A stretch of 63,898 bases of DNA, the filler included. It is 14 parts of 14 records of this genome, joined end to end, with 100 filler letters (N's around TTAATTAATTAA, not from the genome) between each part and the next. Parts side by side here need not be neighbours in the genome. Positions count along the whole stretch, not along the records: positions 55,398 to 60,456 come from SRR7504441_24950; positions 60,557 to 63,898 come from SRR7504441_25083; 12 more parts are not named here. The stretch is one strand, 5' to 3'. Shown in pieces: positions 58,918-63,898 of the stretch. Each line of letters begins with the position of its first letter. Position 1 is the stretch's first letter. The position numbers were made by a program, and so were the translations under genes. The notes beneath the pieces were generated by a model that ran no database searches, was not told where the DNA came from, and was given only the letters and a program-made list of their open reading frames with translations.

Positions 58918-59688
58918 TCACCCGACCGCCTCAAATTCGATCGTGTCCAGGGTGAGCCCTCGCTGCACGCTGCTGGACGCGCTCGTCACCCGGTACTCGA
59001 CCAGCTCCTCCTCTGGCTCGACAACGAAAGGCCCAATCTCGATCTCGCTCCATCGCTCAGAAAGCAGCCCGCTGACCGCCTGGATCCTGGCCCTGGTGCT
59101 CGGACAGAACACCTCGAATCTGATCTCGGCCAGCACAGCCCCCGGCTCGGCCCGCACCCGCCACCGCGCCAGGTACTCCCCCCGGGCCAGGCGGGCCTTG
59201 CCCTGCGCCGACAGCATCGGCGCCCCCACCGCAGTCACCAAGTTGCCCTCCCGGCGCCAGCCGGCCTCACCCCCGGAGAGCACCAGCTCACTGGCGTATC
59301 GGACAACTCGCTTCTGGCACAGCTCCCGCGCCCGCCGGCTCTGCGAGTCTGTCGCCCGAACCTCGGCCCGCTCGTCGGCAACCCGCTGGGCCGAGTCCGC
59401 CTGCTGCCGGCGGCGGCGCTCGTGGAAAGCGCGGGAGCCATCCCCGCGCGTGTCGAGCCCCGGGCTCTGGATCTGGCGGTGCGGGGCCCTGAGTAGGGCT
59501 CGGGGGGGCGGGCTCGGGGCAGGGCGCACCAGCCAGGGTCCGGCCGGGCGGGCGGCGGGTCCGGGGACGCCCTGGCCCCGCGCAGCTGAGGGGGCGGCCC
59601 GGGGCGGGGCGCACCAGCCGTAGCGCCGGCCGGGCCGCGGGGGGGCAGGGCGGAGCCCGAGGGAGAAGACTCGCGGCTCGCCGGCCAT
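58918..59688 (-). CDS. Protein with C-terminal phloem protein 2 (PP2)-like lectin domain
   Basis: GEYLARWRV...WSEIEIGPFVV...RGLTLDTIEF resembles the PP2 motifs W.EIE.GEF and GL...IE. Confidence 0.5.
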   Translation of the reverse strand: MAGEPRVFSLGLRPAPPRPGRRYGWCAPPRAAPSAARGQGVPGPAARPAGPWLVRPAPSPPPRALLRAPHRQIQSPGLDTRGDGSRAFHERRRRQQADSAQRVADERAEVRATDSQSRRARELCQKRVVRYASELVLSGGEAGWRREGNLVTAVGAPMLSAQGKARLARGEYLARWRVRAEPGAVLAEIRFEVFCPSTRARIQAVSGLLSERWSEIEIGPFVVEPEEELVEYRVTSASSSVQRGLTLDTIEFEAVG

Positions 59689-59784
59689 CGGAGTGAAGTC
59701 CGTTAACGTTGTAAATACCGATTGGGCACCCCCTTGCGGTGTGCAGAGGACGGGATGCGGGCCCTGCCGCCGGGGTAGGAGCCG

Positions 59785-60323
59785 ATGGGCGGCGGGCAGT
59801 CCATCACCCGCGGGCAGAAGTCCCCCCCCCTGCTGCGCCCGCCGAGCCCCAGGGCAGGGAGCGCCGGATGTACGGCTGCTGCGCCGGCTGCACCAAAGTA
59901 CTCCGCCCAAAGTCGCGGCGACCCCGGACCCCCACCGAGCCGCCCCTGGCCCAGCAGCCGCCCTCGCCGCGAGGCCCGGTCTTTCTGGCGGCCGACGGCG
60001 CCGCGGCCCCGCAGGAGAACGGCGACTGGTTCGGGCAGCAGTCGCAGGCAAGGGCTCGGTGGGCTCAGACCGGGCGCGAGGTGGCCGCCGAGAGGTGGCG
60101 GACCGCCCAGCCGATCGACGGGTTCCAGGCACGTCCGTTGTGGCGGTTGGGGATTAACCCGACGGGCAGCCGCAGAGCTTCGACCGGCTACTCGCCCGGA
60201 ACGCCGCCGGGCTGCAGCGGCCGGATCCTGGCGAGCTTCCGGCGCCGGCCCGGCCGCAGCGGCGCAAGTCGGCGCGCGGACGGAGGGGGGTGGGTGGAGG
60301 GCTCGGGGCCCGGCCGGACTTGA
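59785..60323 (+). CDS. Possible small spliced hypothetical protein (MGGGQS start)
   Basis: Divergent from 59688 with CCGTTAAC in the spacer; no family recognised. Confidence 0.3.
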
Positions 60324-60583
60324 GGGAGCTGCACGCGTCGCGAGGCTGGCTGGATTGATCCTCGCACAGCGGGCGCGGCGATGATTTTGATGAAATTGGA
60401 TTGGTACCTGTTGTGCGGCGTATGGTTGTACTTCATGCGTGTATGATGCAATCAGANNNNNNNNNNNNNNNNNNNNNNNNNNNNNNNNNNNNNNNNNNNN
60501 TTAATTAATTAANNNNNNNNNNNNNNNNNNNNNNNNNNNNNNNNNNNNNNNNNNNNGCTGGTTCGCCGGACGGCGGTCGGTGC

Positions 60584-62207
60584 ATGCAGTTCAACTTCGG
60601 CGGCGGCGGGTTTCCGGGTTTCCCGGGGTTCCCGGGCGGGGGGATGCCCGGCGGTCCCAGCAAGCCGGTGGACAACACCACGTGCCGCCCGGCCGCCGGC
60701 TCGGCCAGCCTCGGGGGCAGCATGTACAAGCTGCTCGGTGTGGCGCGCAATGCCACTGACAGCGAGATCAAAAAGGCGTACCGCAAGTTGGCGATGAAAG
60801 AGCACCCAGACAAGGGCGGCGACGCCGAGAAGTTTAAGAAGATCTCAGAGGTACCCGCTGGCCTCCGCTGCAGGCCGAGCCGAGCGGCAGGCGTATGCTG
60901 TGCTGAGCGATCCGACCAAGCGGCAGCTGTACGACCAAGGCGGGGAGGAGGCGGTGCAGGGCGGGGGCGGGGTCAACCCTAACGACATCTTCGGTCCGGG
61001 GCCGACGGCTGGCCGGCTGACCGGCTGGGTGCAGCCCAATTCTTTAATCAGAATCAGTCGCAGCAGCAAGGCCCGCCCACGGCCCAGCCGATCGTGTTCC
61101 CTATGAAAGTTAGCCTGGCCCAGCTATACCAGGGCGAGAGCCGGAAGCTGCGGGTCAAGAGGGACCGTGTGCGCTATCCAGAGGGGATGGACAAAGCTGC
61201 GGCAGTGGTGGTATGCCAGACATGTCAGGGGAATGGCATCGTGATCGAGGCAGCCGAGCCGACTGGCCGGGCTGAGCCGAGGGCAGATGCGGCAGATTGG
61301 GGCCGGGATGGTGCAGCAGGTTCAGGCCAAGTGCGGCAAGTGCAAGGGAGTCGGCCGCTCGTTCAAGCCCGGCGTGAAGGTGAGCTCTCTATACTATACT
61401 ATACTATACTACTGTGAAGGCGGACTCTTTATACTCTTGCTGCGTGTATTCTGAGGGCCGAGCGCTTTTAGGTGACTGCGGAGAAGGTGGAGCTGGAAGT
61501 GCACGTGGAGCGCGGAATGAAAGACGGCGAGAAGATCGTGCTGCAAGGCCAGGGCGACGAAGCGGCCGGGCTGGAGCCTGGCGACATCGTGATTGAGATC
61601 AAAGAGTCCGAACACCAACTGTTCAAACGCAAGAACGCTGACCTGGTCCGGCCGGTTTGGGGCCGGAGTGAGAGCGCGGGCAGATTATCAAGAAGGAGAT
61701 CAAGTTGATGGACGCGCTCGGGGGGTTTCAATTCGATCTCGAGACCCTCGACCGAAGGGTGCTCCATATCAAGGCAAGCCGCCCGATGCCAGCTGGCCTG
61801 CTGAGCCTGGGCCAGAGCGAGCCGGGCCGTGTGACCAAGCCTGGGGAGCTGCTCTGCGTGGTGGGTGAGGGGATGCCGATCCGACGGAATCCGATGGACC
61901 GTGGGAATTTATTCGTGCACCTGACTGTTTTATTCCCGGAGAATGGAGCGTTTAGCCCGGCCGAACTCCGGGCGCTGGAGATCATGCTGCCGCGGGTGAG
62001 GGTTGGCCCCGGTGGGCGGCTCACTCGGTGCAGGAGCGGTGGACGCCACTGAGTGCGGAGGACGAGGAGGAGGTCCAGTTGTCTGAAGTCGACCCCAAGT
62101 CGTTTGGATCGAGCGGGACCGGCGGGCAAGCGTACGACTCGGACGACGAGCGGCCCGGCGGGATGCCCGGTGGGATGCCGCAAGGGGTGCAGTGTGCGCA
62201 GCAATAG
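60584..62207 (+). CDS. Type-A DnaJ/Hsp40 (DNAJA-like) with C-terminal CAQQ prenylation motif; 8 introns
   Basis: J domain with [15 protein letters not shown] and [25 protein letters not shown] and VQCAQQ*. Introns: 60682-60720, 60851-60890, 60994-61034, 61250-61286, 61380-61471, 61646-61683, 61774-61815, 61996-62033. The 5' end is close to the contig edge. Confidence 0.93.
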
Positions 62208-62383
62208 CATAGAGTCGGCGAGGCCGCATAATTATGGTTGACGCAAAATTAATAATTATATAACAGCTACTGGTCAACCGCTCTTTAGACCAATCTTATT
62301 CATGAGCTAAGTAGAAGGCCGCTCTCTAGAAAGCAACCATTATGTTTGTTTCATAGAATGTACCAATCGGATTAGTTAACTCT

Positions 62384-63742
62384 TTAGTTGAAGATGTCCT
62401 CGTCTTCGTCTAAGCTTAGGTACTCGTCTTCGTCTAGGTAGCTAGACTGGCGGTGGCCCGGCTTTGGGCGCCTAGGGCCGCTCGGGCAAGGATCTACTGG
62501 GACTAGTGTTTGTCCGGGCTCGTACTCATACCACGGCGCATGCCCTGATAAGCCGGTGCCACCGATCACAGGCCCACTCTCTTGAACGAATCTGATATAG
62601 CCCGTCCCTCCACGGCAACGATGACTTGACGTGTGCGACGGGTACAGCCGCCGGACCCTGTTATAGTCTCGCTCGGCTATGAGCTGCCAATCCTCTTTCC
62701 CAAACCGCACGAACCGCCAAATACAATCCAGGATCCCCTCCGGTAGCGCCCACCGCCCGTGGAGCGCCCCCGAAAGCGCCTGTAGCGTCTCGTCCTTGGC
62801 GCTCGATGCGAGCAGCCGAGGCAGTTCTGAGGCGGCCGGAGCCTGCGGGGAATCTGGGTCGACTAAGTGCAGCGCGACCAGCAGCCGTCGGCCAGTCCCG
62901 CTGACGGGCGTCACACGGTGTCGGAGCGTTGCATTGTGGAATACGAGGATCGATCCGCTGGCCGGGGCCTCGCTGCACAACAATGGCGGCTCCTCGTCTC
63001 GTAGATTGGCCTGGTCTGCAAACTGGACATCCCCGCCTTCGAGCCCAGGGCCCACCTCGATATAGCTAGTAGCGGTGGCCACGATCCGCTCGGCGGGTGT
63101 CCCATCCACATGCCAATCCGAGATGGCGGCGTCAGACTGGCCACTCAGCCTGTGCTCAAACGCGCCGACCACCACCTGCAGCCGCCGCCCGCCGAGCTCG
63201 CGCCCGAGCACCGCCTCCCAATGCGGCAGCGCTAGGCCCGATAATTCGGCGAGGTCGCTGAGCAGACCGGCGTGCTGGCGCGGGCAGAGGTGGTTGACCC
63301 AGGAGCGCCACTCAACCTCGTTAGACGGCGTCACCTCGAGCTCAGCAGACTGCCAGCAATCGCACCAGTCGGGCTCCGACGCGTCCTCTTCGTCCTCGTC
63401 GTCGTCGTCCAGGTAGCTAGACCGGCGGTGGCCCGGCTTTGGGCGCCCCTCTGCCCTGCGCGACCTGCCGCCATCCACGGCCTCGTGCGCTTGGCTGAGG
63501 CAGAGCTCCGGGTCTATGATGTCAGTCCAGACGCGGTCCCGCCGCCCCTGGAACAACCCGCCGCCCTCGGCCCGCAGCCGGTCAAGCCCCGCGGCCAGCC
63601 GAGCCTGGAGGGCCGGCCGGACAGCCTGGCGTAGGTGGAGCACCAGCGGGTTCTCGGCCGGGTCGGGTGCTTCAGGCGAGGCTCCCTGCGCCTTCGACTC
63701 TTTCCCTGAAGGGCAGCGAGGCCGGGAGGCAGTGGAGCCCAT
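62384..63742 (-). CDS. DUF4246-like 2OG-Fe(II) oxygenase-fold protein with MGSTAS myristoylation-like start
   Basis: SWVNHL.P..H, WHVDG...ERIVATATSY, LVFHN..LRHRVTP and RRLLVALHLVDP. Confidence 0.7.
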   Translation of the reverse strand: MGSTASRPRCPSGKESKAQGASPEAPDPAENPLVLHLRQAVRPALQARLAAGLDRLRAEGGGLFQGRRDRVWTDIIDPELCLSQAHEAVDGGRSRRAEGRPKPGHRRSSYLDDDDEDEEDASEPDWCDCWQSAELEVTPSNEVEWRSWVNHLCPRQHAGLLSDLAELSGLALPHWEAVLGRELGGRRLQVVVGAFEHRLSGQSDAAISDWHVDGTPAERIVATATSYIEVGPGLEGGDVQFADQANLRDEEPPLLCSEAPASGSILVFHNATLRHRVTPVSGTGRRLLVALHLVDPDSPQAPAASELPRLLASSAKDETLQALSGALHGRWALPEGILDCIWRFVRFGKEDWQLIAERDYNRVRRLYPSHTSSHRCRGGTGYIRFVQESGPVIGGTGLSGHAPWYEYEPGQTLVPVDPCPSGPRRPKPGHRQSSYLDEDEYLSLDEDEDIFN

Positions 63743-63778
63743 TTTCTACGATTGAGGGACGTGGGCTAGCGCTCTCCG

Positions 63779-63898
63779 CTAGAGCTCGAGGTGAATGGTA
63801 CCGGTGCAGTTGCGCTTCTTGTCCCTCGAGTGTGGGGCGGTGGCCACAGAGGTCAGCTGGCGGACCAACGTGCTCTTGCCGTTGGCCACGTGCCCGAT
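63779..63898 (-). pseudogene. eIF2-gamma-like GTPase P-loop fragment ending in a premature TAG
   Basis: IGHVANGKSTLVRQLTSVATAPHSRDKKRNCTGTIHLEL* parallels eIF2g IGHVAHGKST...ERNITIKLG. Confidence 0.5.

Noticed and set aside
5581-60556. Regularly recurring TTAATTAATTAA flanked by Ns, resembling a repeat family
   Set aside because: Artificial six-frame-stop linker between contigs; gene neighbourhoods across it were not interpreted.
3122-62207. Frame breaks suggesting stop-codon recoding, selenocysteine or programmed frameshifts
   Set aside because: Nearly all resolve as short GT/GC-AG introns; TAA, TAG and TGA all serve as true stops, and I saw no conserved in-frame TGA.

Overview
Eukaryotic DNA from a compact, GC-rich microbial eukaryote (protist); the lineage cannot be assigned from this window. 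It is not one contiguous locus: 14 pieces of about 3-8 kb are joined by 13 artificial 100-nt linkers (N44-TTAATTAATTAA-N44), so adjacency across linkers is uninformative. About 35 protein-coding genes or fragments are packed tightly. Many are split by very short (mostly 35-47 nt), G/C-rich spliceosomal introns with frequent GC donors and no polypyrimidine tract, so the ORF track fragments or mis-joins them. Recognisable genes: type-B carboxylesterase, F-box/DUF179, RMD1, a GPR155/LYCHOS-like transporter-GPCR hybrid, PH-Vps39/Vps3, a LYR protein, ADP-ribosylglycohydrolase, a PIP5K-like (pseudo)kinase, PH-EF-hand, sterol desaturase/SMO, cyanophycinase, DUF6817, importin beta-1, a BNR/sialidase-like protein, a cysteine-desulfurase-like/TtcA fusion, DUF924, PX-ARM-coiled coil, TPR, GH2 with a PAN insert, PPEF phosphatase, a propeller/PLAT/DUF285 surface protein, LMBD1, two 2OG-Fe(II) oxygenase-like proteins, a PZP-SRA-SET (KRYPTONITE/SUVH4-like) methyltransferase, a SAM methyltransferase, an LRR-TM protein, a PP2-like lectin and DNAJA. 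Best candidates for new biology: the PZP-KYP chromatin enzyme together with a 5'-to-3' CpG-depletion gradient, the DEP-less LYCHOS homologue, the desulfurase-TtcA fusion, a recurring promoter (CCGTTR) and 3'-end (TACATGTA/TACAATCATGTA) motif grammar, and a pre-miRNA-like hairpin. No rRNA, tRNA, CRISPR array or transposase was recognised. All family assignments come from motif recognition by eye, not database searches.
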